Below, one piece after another: positions 36,868 through 48,966 of a stretch of DNA of 63,568 nt. Source of the DNA: Thraustochytrium aureum (Eukaryota). The translations under genes were made by a program, and so were the position numbers. Every line of letters begins with the position of its first letter. Within the stretch, counting starts at the first letter, position 1. A model generated the notes under the pieces. The model did not search any database and was not told the DNA's origin. It worked only from the letters and a program-made list of their open reading frames with translations. The stretch covers positions 134,696-198,263 of the forward strand of contig BLSG01000084.1 in NCBI GenBank assembly GCA_012862495.1. Direction: 5' to 3'.

Positions 36868-39742
36868 ATGGCCAAGGCCAAGGCCGCGGGAACCAAGGCC
36901 AAGGCGGCTGGGGCGAAACCCGTCGGAGCCAGTTCGCGCGGAGGCAGCAGCGGGATAAAGGTGAGTCTCACACGGCCCTTGTGCGAACGGCAGTGTGGGG
37001 GGTCGATCTGACCAGCCAGCTCGCCCCGGTTTCTGTGAGAAGGTCACGCAAAAGTCGCCTGCCGAGTTCTTTGCGGAAAACCAAAACATCGCCGGGTTTG
37101 ACAATGTAAGTGCTGTCTTGCTTCGCTAGTGGCTTGGGCTATGAGCGCTTGCTTGTGCACGGCGACTGATGGCGCCCGTTGCCGCGTGGCGCAGCCCGGG
37201 AAAGCGCTTTACACGACCGTTCGCGAGCTGGTCGAAAACTCGCTAGATGTAAGTCCTCGTAGAGTTGAGCCGCTTGACCTTGGCCGTCTTTCGCACCTCG
37301 CTGACCACGGGAAACCGGCGCCCCTCCAGGCCGCCGAGTCGATCAACGTGCTCCCGGACATCAGTCTTACCATGTAAGTTGTTCACCAGGCCCGTGCCGA
37401 CCGCACCTTGTACGGCCAGCAGCTCTGACCAAGACGCGCCCAATGCTTCTCGCCAATTGACGCACGAAGCGAGGAGCTGTGCGATGCCGACTTTGAGGCC
37501 ATGCGCGGTGTCGACAAAGGTGCCCGAGCAGACACAGACCTGTACGTGGACAGCAACGCCACCAAGAAGAAAAACCCAGGGCGCCCAAGTCTGGCGCCAC
37601 AGCCGACGAACAAGATCACCTGGATGGGGCCTCCGCGATCGACGACGCTGGAGGGGACAAGAGCGGCGCAGACGGGGGCCAGGGCAAAGCGGGCCGGGGG
37701 GGCGCTCAGGGGAGCGATACTTCAAGCTGACGTGTGTCGACAACGGATGCGGGATGAAGCACAAGGACGTGCCTGAGTTGTTCGGGCGGGTCCTGTCCGG
37801 TAGCAAGTACACCGTAAAGCAGGCGAGGGGCAAGTTTGGCCTTGGAGCGAAAATGGCCCTCATCTGGTCGCGCAAGAGCACCGGGCTGCCGATCGAGATC
37901 ACAACGGCGCATACAACCAGAGCAGATTCATCGCCGAGTGAGCAGACGTACTGCAAGCTTGACATTGACATCCACAAGAATGAGCCGCGACTGCATCAGC
38001 ACGTCAAGCAGCCGAACGCCACTGGCTGGCACGGTACCCGCGTAGAGTTGGTGATCTCTGGCAACTGGACCAACTACCAGGCCCGCGTCAAGCAGTACCT
38101 GAGCCAGCTAGCCGTGATAACCCCGTATGCGCAGCTTCAGCTCCAATACGTAAACCGCATGGAGCCCAAAAAGGCGTTCACCCTCGAGTTCGAGAGGCGC
38201 TCAGAGCGGATGCCATCGCAACCTGACGAGGAAAAGTTCCACCCCAAGTCGGTGGACAACCTGATCGTGCGCCGGCTGATGGGCGAGTGCAAGGAAGGCA
38301 CGACGGTGCTGGCGTTCCTCAGCAGCAAGTTCCAGGGCGTCCAAGCAACCCTTGCGAGGCGGCTCGCAGATGAGCTGGAGCAGCTCACCAAGGGCCGCGT
38401 CAAAGGGTCCAGCACGCTGAGCGAAATCCCGCCCGCATACGTCCACGAGCTGACGCAGCTCCTCCGGGAGACGTGCCAGTTTTCAACACCGAACAGCAAG
38501 GTGCTCAGACCCGCTGGCGAATACAACCTGCACCTTGGCATCATGCAGGTTTACAAGCCCACCTTGGTGGTCACGATGTCGAACCGGCCCACTGCAGGAG
38601 GCGCGCCCGCGCACTACGACGGCCATGCCTTTGCGGTCGAAGCTGCGGTCGCGATCAGCCCGCCGGACGGCAAGCCGGGGATTTCGGTCTACCGCTTTGC
38701 TAACCGCATCCCGCTCCTCTTCGAGCCCGGAGCGGACGTCGTCAACGTGGTGGTCAACAAAGACATCAAGTGGAAGACGTACTTCATCGACCCCAAGAAG
38801 GACAAGGTGAGCGTGTTCGTGAGCATCGTCAGCACAAAGATACCGTTCAAGGGCACGGGAAAGGAGTACATCGGCGCCGACATCGAGCCGCTGCGCAAGC
38901 ACGTCCAGGACGTGCTGNNNNNNNNNNNNNNNNNNNNNNNNNNNNNNNNNNNNNNNNNNNNNNNNNNNNNNNNNNNNNNNNNNNNNNNNNNNNNNNNNNN
39001 NNNNNNNNNNNNNNNNNNNNNNNNNNNNNNNNNNNNNNNNNNNNNNNNNNNNNNNNNNNNNNNNNNNNNNNNNNNNNNNNNNNNNNNNNNNNNNNNNNNN
39101 NNNNNNNNNNNNNNNNNNNNNNNNNNNNNNNNNNNNNNNNNNNNNNNNNNNNNNNNNNNNNNNNNNNNNNNNNNNNNNNNNNNNNNNNNNNNNNNNNNNN
39201 NNNNNNNNNNNNNNNNNNNNNNNNNNNNNNNNNNNNNNNNNNNNNNNNNNNNNNNNNNNNNNNNNNNNNNNNNNNNNNNNNNNNNNNNNNNNNNNNNGCT
39301 TGAAGAGGAGCCTGCCGCAAAGCGGGCGCGAACCGACTCTGAAGACGCGCGGGCCCCTCCGGAGGCTTCGGCCAGCGAGACTGTGCTTCGGAACTCGGAG
39401 CGCAGGCAGATCTTAGCAGAGATTGCAGATCTGGAGACCACAATGCTGCGCGGCGAAAAGCTCACCTCGTCTGTACTCGGCGAGCGCCTCCAGCGTACCA
39501 TTCAAGAGGCAGACAACGACTTGTTTGCTCAGGTGCAGCGGAGCGTCGGTCGCGGTGACGCAGGCATCGTGGGAATGTTCCTCCTGGCACGGCGCCCTGT
39601 GGAGCTCGATTTCGGCCACCCGATCACCAACCACCCAATCCTCGCGATGCGATTGCTGGCCAAGGCTGAGGTCAGCGCGCCGCCGGCCGGGTTTGAGATC
39701 TCGCCGCCGCTGGCCCAGGGAAATGAGGTGCAACCCAGCTAG
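36868..39742 (+). CDS. TOP6B: DNA topoisomerase VI subunit B
   Basis: Exons 36868-36960, 37043-37105, 37195-37248, 37330-37373 and 37470 onward. [40 protein letters not shown]. GHKL motifs DNGCGM and SGSKY..QARGKFGLGAKM. Transducer RFANRIPLL, WKTY, STKIPFKGTGKEYI. One frameshift near the G7 run at ~37696-37702; gap 38918-39297. Confidence 0.95.
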
Positions 39743-40965
39743 CGCTAGTACAGGGCTGGCTACATAGTGTCTCTGCGTGGGGCATGTTGTCCGTCGCGCA
39801 AGCGCCATTCCTGGCGATTCGCAACCGGCACCGCGATGCTCGCTTTCCGAATGCTCTGCTCAGGCAGAAAAGGAAGTGCAGCCAGGCGGCCGGCTAGAGA
39901 AATGCAGGCCTCTCTTGCTACTGGCTCAAGCTCTAGCTAGTAGCTAGCTAGAACAACAACATAGCACAAGCGCACCGTTCGCTTGTCGCCAAGCGCGGAA
40001 TGGTCCTGCTCGGCCAGCGCAGCGCAACCCAACCCGACCGGCCACACAAGGCCGCGCCGCTGTAGGCGTAATTCTCGTGACCATGAACAGCACCCGCCTC
40101 AAAGTTGGCCATGCATCCTCGTCCAAATCCACTCGAGTGAACCGACGATCACCGATCGCACGATCCCGTGCATCCCGTGCACGAACCACCGTCCGACTTC
40201 GCCTGCGTCCGTCCCAGAAACCGTTGTTTTTTGGTCTGCTCTGGCTGGCGGTTGTTGTCTCTTGGAAAAACCGCCGCGCGCGAGAGCGGGCCTCTGGGGC
40301 GCCGATTGGGGCTGCGAGTATGATGGCGCCCGCCTTGCGCTCCACGGGTAGGCCTACTCTATGAGGTCACTCCACTTGCTTGGTGCAGCGCAGCGTGCAG
40401 CCTACATGGTCGCAGTGCTCTGGCCGAGTACTTTGCCCCTGCTCCACCTTATAAGTACTCCAACAAACTCGTGCAAGAATCCATCTCGCCAATCGCAAGG
40501 CGCTGGCAGACACCCAACTGGAGCAGAAGGCGAACGGAGACCGAGCAGCCAGGAGGCCGCGAACCAGCAAGGGAAGGCTCGAGACAGGCTCGAGGCAGGC
40601 TCGAGGCAGGCTCGCGCGCGGCGGCTGGGCTTGCCTGCGGTTGGCCTTGCACAGGCCTTGCACGCGTTGAACGACGCCGTGGCACGCTCTCGAGGACATA
40701 CGTTCGAACAGAGTAGAGCGCCTGGGCGCACTCGAGTGGAGCACTCTACTCGATTGGCGATCCTGGGCGGCGGCGGAGGGCTCGGCTGGTTGGTGCGAAG
40801 GGAGAGAGCGCGGGTGGAGTTGAAGGACGCTGAGGACGGGCGGCGCTCGCGTGCGCAGAGTGGGGCAAGGCGAGAGGGAAGGGCGCTGAGGAAATAGACG
40901 AGGCGGCCCAAGGGTTGCCTGGCTCTTCGACTCGAGCTGTGTTGGCTGCGCGCACGGCAGCAGCC

Positions 40966-43900
40966 ATGGACGACAATCTCGACCAAGGTTTTTTTGCGGA
41001 CGCCCCAAGCGCTCCAGAGCGGTCGCAACCGAGCGAATCCATGGATAGCTCGTCGCGGATTCCAAGACTCAGCCTTGACGGGGCCGAGCGCAAGGCGTCG
41101 CATTCCGGGACCCGCAAGCCCTCCTCCGCCAAGAAAAAGGGGAAGCGTCGCGAGTCACTCGGGAAGCGCAGCTCGCTGAACCCCAACCCTTTCTCGCCTG
41201 GCCCAGATGAGAATGCCACTCCGAGCAACTCTGCTGCCTCGGGCAGGGCGCTCCAGACGCCTGCAGCGCTGGAGGAAGGGCCCGTCCTGTCTGAGCGCGA
41301 CCAAAACCGCGAGCCTGCATCTTCAGGTATCCCCAAGCCGAAGCGCAGCCTCTCCACGAGCAAGCAGGCCGCGCGGCAGACGCCGACGTCTGTCTCGAGG
41401 GAGCCATCTCGTGTCCCGAGGCGGGACTCGCTCATCCCTTCCATTTCGTCCGCAGCTCGCGCAGCACAGAGCGACCGACAAGCACCGGACGGGGGCAGCC
41501 TTGTCCAAGGCCGTCGCGACAGGTCTCCGGAGCCATCACCTGGCCCAGCCCAACGGCTCACGCCAGGTCAACCGCGTGCTCCTGACAGCTCGCCCCCTCC
41601 AAAGTCGCTTGGCCGAGCCGCGCGCTCAATGCTGCGATACACGGGTTCGGCAACATCGGCCAACGGAAGCAGCCCCGCGCTGCAAGGCCTAACGGCACCT
41701 GCAGCACATCGGACAGGTTTGCCCAATCCGAGTGTTAAGCGTCAGCTGTTTTCGCCCGGCGAGATCAAGGAGCGACCAGGAGCGCTGACCATGGAGCAAA
41801 AGGAGGCCTACACAGTAGGCGTGAGCTGGCGCGCCGGCCGAGCTGCGCAAGCTGCGGCAGTGGACGCGCTCACGCCCGTGCTGTTTGGACTCATGGGCTC
41901 GACAAAACCGTTGTCTGCCACGCCTCGCAAGGCGCTTCAGGCCGTCGACCAAGCCAGCCAAGCCCAAGAGAACGAGCTAGGCCGGAGGACCTTGACCGAC
42001 GTCCTAGACGCGGCTGTCGTCAACGTAGAACAGTGCCCTGACGAGAATCGCGCCAAGCAGATTCTTTGCGAACTTGCGAGGGAGCTCGCAGACGAGGCGC
42101 TGAACGAGGCGCTGCAAATGGTCATGGGGGGGAGGCTGTCAGAGTTTCGTTCGGAGCTCCTCAAGCACACCTGCCGCATTNNNNNNNNNNNNNNNNNNNN
42201 NNNNNNNNNNNNNNNNNNNNNNNNNNNNNNNNNNNNNNNNNNNNNNNNNNNNNNNNNNNNNNNNNNNNNNNNNNNNNNNNNNNNNNNNNNNNNNNNNNNN
42301 NNNNNNNNNNNNNNNNNNNNNNCAGGAGGCGTTGGCAGACGATTGGGTCGCTCGCAAATTGGAGGCCGTCGTGTCCTGGAGCGAGCAAGCCTGCAGCGAC
42401 CAGGCGACCAGTGCTGAGAGCGCGACGGCCACGGCCCCTGCCTCGAGTGCAGCCCGCGAGCTTGAGGCGCAGCCGCCGCAAGACATGTTCTCGCAGGCGC
42501 AGCTCGATCGCTCGTCGGCTGTGAAGCCCTCGAGTGAGTCCAACGGCGTCGCAGTCGAGCAAACGGCGTCTGAGAGGGGCTCAGAAGACGGAACACCCCG
42601 GGCTCACAACTGACGGCGCAACCAAAACCTGGTACCTCAGCCAAAGCTGTACCGGAGGAGTCGGCGATCTACAAGCCGCAAGCGGTTCGGACTTTTTCCG
42701 CCGTTGCGCGGCCGAGCCCTACTTCGTTGCTACAAGCACCATCCGCAGGTGAGGGACTCGCAAACAGTGCGCCGGAGGCTTTCTCGGAGGCGAGGACGTC
42801 CACGCTTGATGAATGCCCTCGAACGCCGTGCAAGTCGCCAGCGCCGAGGACCCCTGAGCAACTATGCACGGACGTCTCTCCGCGCGAGACGATCAAGTTT
42901 TTGGCCTCAAAAGCTCTTGAGCCGCCCCTCCGCGCCCCGGTGGACGAGTCGCCCAGGCAAGCCATTCGATTTCTGGCGCACACAAAAACTCCAGAGTCAG
43001 CTCCCCAGTCAGCGAGCTATTTGCCAAAGCCGACGATATCTGGCTCCCCTGTTCCGGCGCGCAGAGCAGAGAGCCCCGATCGCGGCTCCACTTATCCTGT
43101 ACCAGGAGACCTGAACGTAGCATTTGCGAAGGGCAGCCCAGATCGTATTGCTGGGTCAGGTATCCCGGCCCCTCGGAGCGCCTCGAAGCCTCCGCTTTCG
43201 GCAAAGAGCGCAGCGCGCAACTCCCCGCTCCGACCACCTGTCTCGAGTTCATCAATCCCTGCTCCATCGCCGCTTCTTGCGCACCGCGCGGGCCCAAATA
43301 CCCCTGAGACGCGCCGGATGTTTACGAAGGAGCAGCTGTCGACTCCTTCGCCGCTCAAGTCGCGGATGCTCAGTGCTCCGCTGTCGACGCCACTTTCCGC
43401 GACAAGTGCCAAGCAGGTTGATATTCCGCTTGAGATGGCGCGGCCTCGCGCAGAGACAGAGCCGTTCAGGCCGTCTCCATCCGCCCAAAGGACGCCTGGG
43501 CGATCCGCAGGGCCGAAGTTGTTGTGCCCGAAGGCGGAGACATTCAGCTCCAAGCACAGTCGCTCTCGAACGCTATCCCACTCACTGTACCCGAGTTGGG
43601 ACGAGATCATCCTCCACGCCGACGCCGGGGCAAAGGACGAGCTCCGGGAGACCGAGGGTGCTCGAGTTTGCCAGAACTCCGAGAAGCGCGTGGATGCTCC
43701 GAGCCCAACCGAGGCTGACGATGGCCTTGTTGAGGCTCAAGCTCGCCGCGACGAGCGCACAGAGCTGTCCTGGCTCCCTGCCCTGCCCGGCAAGATCATG
43801 GCCGCTGTTAACGTGAGCCTCCTGTTGCTGGTTCTCTGGTTCACATCGTGCGCTGATACCGATCTCGCCTCTCTGGAGCATCACCATGCCATTGAGGACG

Positions 43901-46230
43901 AATATACCGAGGACTGGCGGCTCGAAGCCGCCAAGCTTCTTGAAGATTTTGAGGAAGGGTACACTGAGCCAAGCATCGACGAAGGGGCCGACCTTTTCAC
44001 CGAGGGGCACTTTGACGGCGTCCAGCCTGGCGTTGGGCTCACCACCGGTGAAGGGGAGCTCGTTGTCGACGCTGGCGTCGGCGCCGTGGAGACTGATACA
44101 GAGGGGAGGAACAAAGTCGCCGCGCCTGAGGCTGGCACCACTGACGTCTGGAGCGAGGAGAGCAACGACAACCATCAACTCGATACTGGGTCGGCCGCGG
44201 ATCTGTCTCCGGAGCATGATGTGCACGGCCCGGCCTCGTTCCCGAAACGCGAAACAGCGGTGGAGCAGGCGCCACACGTTGAGGACAAAGTGATACAAGG
44301 CGCAACTGGGACCCTTGCAGACATTGCTCTTCAGCACGGCGAGGAGCCCGTCAGCAGCGACGACTTTGCCGATCTCGATGATCTTTGGAATGATTCTCCC
44401 GTACAAGGTCTATTTGAGCCGGGCTTTGACGATGACAATGGCGAGAGCGAAGACCACCCCCACGTCGACGTCGAAACGGCCGAGAGTGGCGGTGCTTTCT
44501 TTCAAGAGGACATCACAGCACCTCTGGGCACCGAAGCAAGCGATGCGCATGCCGGCGCTCCGCTCGACTCGGATGCTAAACCTCCGGGCGGCATAGATGT
44601 CCCGGACGACACTGAGAGTCATGAAGCCGCTGCCCCTCCCCGGGAAAGCGAGGACGATCCACCGTTTGCTGTCCCTGTGATTGGCGCAGAAGCAGACGCT
44701 AGCATTCCTGAGGATGGTGTTATGCTCGACGAAAGCGAAGCGGACGAGCCCAGCAATGAACCCGCTGGACTGCCCGTCACGCCCCTCGACACTGAGGAGG
44801 TTGCGGAAGTCGAGCAAGAGACGCTTGTGGACCCTGAGATTGCTGCAGAAGTCGAACAGGAGACGCTCGTGGACACTGAGGAGGCTGCGGAAGTCGAGCA
44901 AGGGACGCTTGTGGACCCTGAGATTGCTGCAGAAGTCGAGCAGGAGACGCTTGTGGATCCTGAGATTGCTGCAGAAGTCGAACAGGAGACGCTCATTGAC
45001 CCTGAGACTGCTGCAGAAGTTGAGCAGGAGACGCTCGTGGACACTGAGGAGGCTGCGGAGGCCGAACCGGAGTCGCTCATTGACTCTGAGGAGGCTGCGG
45101 AGGTCGAACAGAAGCCGCTCATCGACACTGAACAGGTCGGAGCTGCCACCGATGCGAACGGCGACGAAATCTCTGAGTCCATTGGCGCACAAATGCAACC
45201 CNNNNNNNNNNNNNNNNNNNNNNNNNNNNNNNNNNNNNNNNNNNNNNNNNNNNNNNNNNNNNNNNNNNNNNNNNNNNNNNNNNNNNNNNNNNNNNNNNNN
45301 NNNNNNNNNNNNNNNNNNNNNNNNNNNNNNNNNNNNNNNNNNNNNNNNNNNNNNNNNNNNNNNNNNNNNNNNNNNNNNNNNNNNNNNNNNNNNNNNNNNN
45401 NNNNNNNNNNNNNNNNNNNNNNNNNNNNNNNNNNNNNNNNNNNNNNNNNNNNNNNNNNNNNNNNNNNNNNNNNNNNNNNNNNNNNNNNNNNNNNNNNNNN
45501 NNNNNNNNNNNNNNNNNNNNNNNNNNNNNNNNNNNNNNTGCAACCTGACCTCTTCCGAGCTGGTGCTCTTCTGGGCTTGGCTGCTAGCGCAAGGGAGACC
45601 AGCGTCTGGCTTGTCGAGACAAGGGGTCGCCCCGCGCTCGACATGGCCATCAAGAGCGCTGCAACTACTGCAGGAGACGTGGCCTCAGTTGCGGTCGCTA
45701 TTCCTCGAGTTTTCAGTGCCGCTTTCACGAATGTCTTGGATGCAGCTGAAGACGTGGTGTGCCGCGTAGTTGAGGCGCTGCCAGACGTTGGCGCTGACGA
45801 GCCTGAGGATGGGGCCGAGGACTTGGACGGTTTAAATGCAGACGAGAGCGAGGAGGCCATTGACGCCGGGGACGACGTCGCGTCAGAGGCCTCTGCGGAG
45901 GTCAACGCTGACAGAGGAGGCCACGCTTCTATTGCCCCTGGTGGTCCTGTGGCCGACGAGTACGTGGACCAACAAGAGCTTCTGGAGGAGGCCGAAGCCG
46001 CTGTTGCCGTTCCGCCAAGCCCTCGCGTCGCGACATCTGTTGCCGACGATGAGAGTGGTCTGTACCGGGCGGTAGAGTTTGTTCCTGTTCGCGGGACACC
46101 ATTCGTGCAAATGCGCCACGTGCGCCGATCTGCGCGAAACGCGTCCAGGCAAAAGTCTGTGCCCTCTACGCCGTTGCAGTTTCCGGCGTCATCGTTGCAG
46201 CGAAGCGAATCCTTCCAGAGCCGCGACTAG
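40966..46230 (+). CDS. large low-complexity protein: Pro/Ser-rich N-half, one hydrophobic segment, acidic repeat-rich C-half
   Basis: ORFs 40915-42417, 42332-42613 and 42727-46230 chain through a gap and a frameshift near 42595. Hydrophobic IMAAVNVSLLLLVLWFTSCA at ~43795-43855. Could be two genes. Confidence 0.6.
44788..45135 (+). repeat. coding 42-bp tandem repeat, 8 copies plus a partial (D[PT]E[EI]AAEVEQETL[VI])
   Basis: Units start at 44788 and every 42 nt through 45082, with a partial unit at 45124. Confidence 0.93.
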
Positions 46231-46511
46231 TGTGGCAGCGGCAGGCAGCGGCATGCTTGATGAAACCCTACTACCAGAGCAACAGCAACATTCAATTTCT
46301 CACTCGATTTGCTTGACGGGCCAGGACTGCGGGCCGTCTCGTTCGTTCTTTGACATCAAAGCCTCAAGACTATTGAAGAAGCGATTGGTTTGTGCTTTTG
46401 CGTGTTGCTGGGTTCCTGGTCGCCCGAGCGAGTGCTCCGGCGGGACCTGCTACCCGCTGTTGAGCAAGACCGTATGTACAAGCGATGCACAGGTGTGAAC
46501 TGCTCGCACAT

Positions 46512-47285
46512 CTAGAGGTCGAGGACAAGGTTGTCCTCCGTATCGCTGCTGTCGCTGAGGCTGCTGAGGTCGTCGTCTTCGTCCTCCTCCTCTGCGGCGG
46601 CGGCCAGCGAGCGGGGCTCGTGCTGGTCCAGATCCATCGTCTGCGCCCCGCCCAAAGGTGAGTCCCCAGATCGCGACAGGTCGCGAGGATCTGGCGAAGC
46701 AAGGCCTTCTGGAGCCGACGAAGCGGTGGAAGAGGACGAAATGGTGCCCCGCGAGGTCACTGTGTCCGTGGAGAGCTCTGTATCGGCTGACGCCATCGAG
46801 TCGGTGCTCAAGTGGCGCTGTTTTTCGCCGGACGGCGCTGCAAACCGACGCACGTAGTCGCGCACCTTGTCGTTGTACCTCTGCGGGTCTTGGATCATGA
46901 GCGCCGCAGCATCGCTGTTGAGAGGGTCGCTCGCGTTTGGGTACGAGAGTAGCTGCGGGAGGAACATGTCAAAGATGTTGAGCAGGTCGTACATCGGGCT
47001 CCAGGTCTGGTTGATCACATCAAGACAGACGGAACCGGACATTTCGTCCACGTTGGGGTGGAACAGCCTGTTCTTGAACCCGATCGAGGGCGACCTGAAC
47101 GGGTAGTCCTTCGGGAGTGTAACCTGGACATTCCAGACGCCGCCTGCGTAGAGCGTGTCGGCCGGCCCGTGAAACTTGACGATAAACTCTGACCCATCGC
47201 CTTCCATGACCACCTCAAAGTCGCTCATCATCAGCTTCATGATGTCAGTCTTGCGCCTCTTGGCGCTAGACGCAGGAGCAGCCAT
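46512..47285 (-). CDS. UBE2H: ubiquitin-conjugating enzyme E2, UBE2H/Ubc8 family
   Basis: [62 protein letters not shown], acidic C-terminal tail. Confidence 0.93.
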   Translation of the reverse strand: MAAPASSAKRRKTDIMKLMMSDFEVVMEGDGSEFIVKFHGPADTLYAGGVWNVQVTLPKDYPFRSPSIGFKNRLFHPNVDEMSGSVCLDVINQTWSPMYDLLNIFDMFLPQLLSYPNASDPLNSDAAALMIQDPQRYNDKVRDYVRRFAAPSGEKQRHLSTDSMASADTELSTDTVTSRGTISSSSTASSAPEGLASPDPRDLSRSGDSPLGGAQTMDLDQHEPRSLAAAAEEEDEDDDLSSLSDSSDTEDNLVLDL

Positions 47286-47602
47286 CCTGCCGCCGCGCGC
47301 TTCTCCGCCGCCTCGAGTAGCCCCACGCGTCCGACGGTCCGTCTTCCGTCTGCGCACCTAGCACCTTGTGCTCGCCTTTGCAGCTGCCACGGCTGGCTGC
47401 CCAGATGCCTCGATCGCTCGCTCGATCGGGTCGGGACTCGATCGATCGATGGATCGATGGGCTGATGGAGTGCAATGGACGCTGCACGGACGGATGGCGC
47501 GACGGTGTGTTCGGGGTCTGCCCGCCAGAATCTGCTGCTCCGAAATGGGGACTTTTCCAGGCGCCGAAGAGGATCAATGGAGGGCAACAGCTCCAGAGCA
47601 CT

Positions 47603-48792
47603 CTAATGCTGGCGAGAATCGCCGTGGCCGCCATGGCAGACTTCCGGACGCACTCCTCGACGATGGGATTCGGGCCGGCAGGGCAAAGGCACGGCAGCCG
47701 TGGCCGAGGTTGTGCGTGGACTGGCAGGAAATCCGATCATCGGCGGCTTTTCCATACGTGCTCTTCTGCATTGGCTCGAGTACGACGCGGAGTTCGGGTG
47801 CTCTCCTGGGCTCCGGAAGCGCCCTCGCCACTTGGGCGAAGTGAGCTGCTGGCTCGGCTGCGTGCGCTGCTCGCTCGCACGGTGGTGGTGGTTGTGGTGG
47901 GGGTCGTGGTGGCGTGGGGCCGGAGCAAGCGCTTGCCCAGGGTGGACCTGGTTGGCGAAAATCGAGTCTGACGCCGAGCTCGCGGCAAGATGAACGCGCG
48001 CGTGCACGGTGCACTCTAGAGNNNNNNNNNNNNNNNNNNNNNNNNNNNNNNNNNNNNNNNNNNNNNNNNNNNNNNNNNNNNNNNNNNNNNNNNNNNNNNN
48101 NNNNNNNNNNNNNNNNNNNNNNNNNNNNNNNNNNNNNNNNNNNNNNNNNNNNNNNNNNNNNNNNNNNNNNNNNNNNNNNNNNNNNNNNNNNNNNNNNNNN
48201 NNNNNNNNNNNNNNNNNNNNNNNNNNNNNNNNNNNNNNNNNNNNNNNNNNNNNNNNNNNNNNNNNNNNNNNNNNNNNNNNNNNNNNNNNNNNNNNNNNNN
48301 NNNNNNNNNNNNNNNNNNNNNNNNNNNNNNNNNNNNNNNNNNNNNNNNNNNNNNNNNNNNNNNNNNNNNNNNNNNNNNNNNNNNNNNNNNNNNNNNNNNN
48401 NNNNNNNNNNNNNNNNNNNNNNNNNNNNNNNNNNNNNNNNNNNNNNNNNNNNNNNNNNNNNNNNNNNNNNNNNNNNNNNNNNNNNNNNNNNNNNNNNNNN
48501 NNNNNNNNNNNNNNNNNNNNNNNNNNNNNNNNNNNNNNNNNNNNNNNNNNNNNNNNNNNNNNNNNNNNNNNNNNNNNNNNNNNNNNNNNNNNNNNNNNNN
48601 NNNNNNNNNNNNNNNNNNNNNNNNNNNNNNNNNNNNNNNNNNNNNNNNNNNNNNNNNNNNNNNNNNNNNNNNNNNNNNNNNNNNNNNNNNNNNNNNNNNN
48701 NNNNNNNNNNNNNNNNNNNNNNNNNNNNNNNNNNNNNNNNNNNNNNNNNNNNNNNNNNNNNNNNNNNNNNNNNNNNNNNNNCCGCTCGCCAT
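47603..48792 (-). CDS. possible gene mostly hidden in gap 48022-48781
   Basis: Minus-strand ATG GCG AGC at 48792 just before the gap, divergent from AsnRS. Open frames follow the gap, one with HHDPHHNHHH. No recognisable domain. Confidence 0.25.
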
Positions 48793-48966
48793 GCCACGCG
48801 CGGGATTGCGGGCGCCCGACGCGCAGAATCGCAACCTCTGCGCCGCCAAGAGCGCCCGAGCGAGCCTAGCTGCCAGCAGTCCATCGACTTGCGCGCTTGC
48901 GTTGATGTTGCGCTGCGCGGCGCGGCGCGGTGCCGCGGTCTGTGGCGGCGGCGGCGGCGGCGGCGG

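Noticed and set aside
39743..40900. ORFs or ncRNA in the TOP6B downstream interval
   Set aside because: No recognisable protein motif or RNA family signature. Short ORFs are expected by chance at this GC content.
436..47285. Functional ubiquitin gene cluster (E3 plus UBE2H)
   Set aside because: The genes are ~29 kb apart with unrelated genes between them. UBE2H is known to partner the GID/CTLH RING complex, and there is no evidence of co-regulation.
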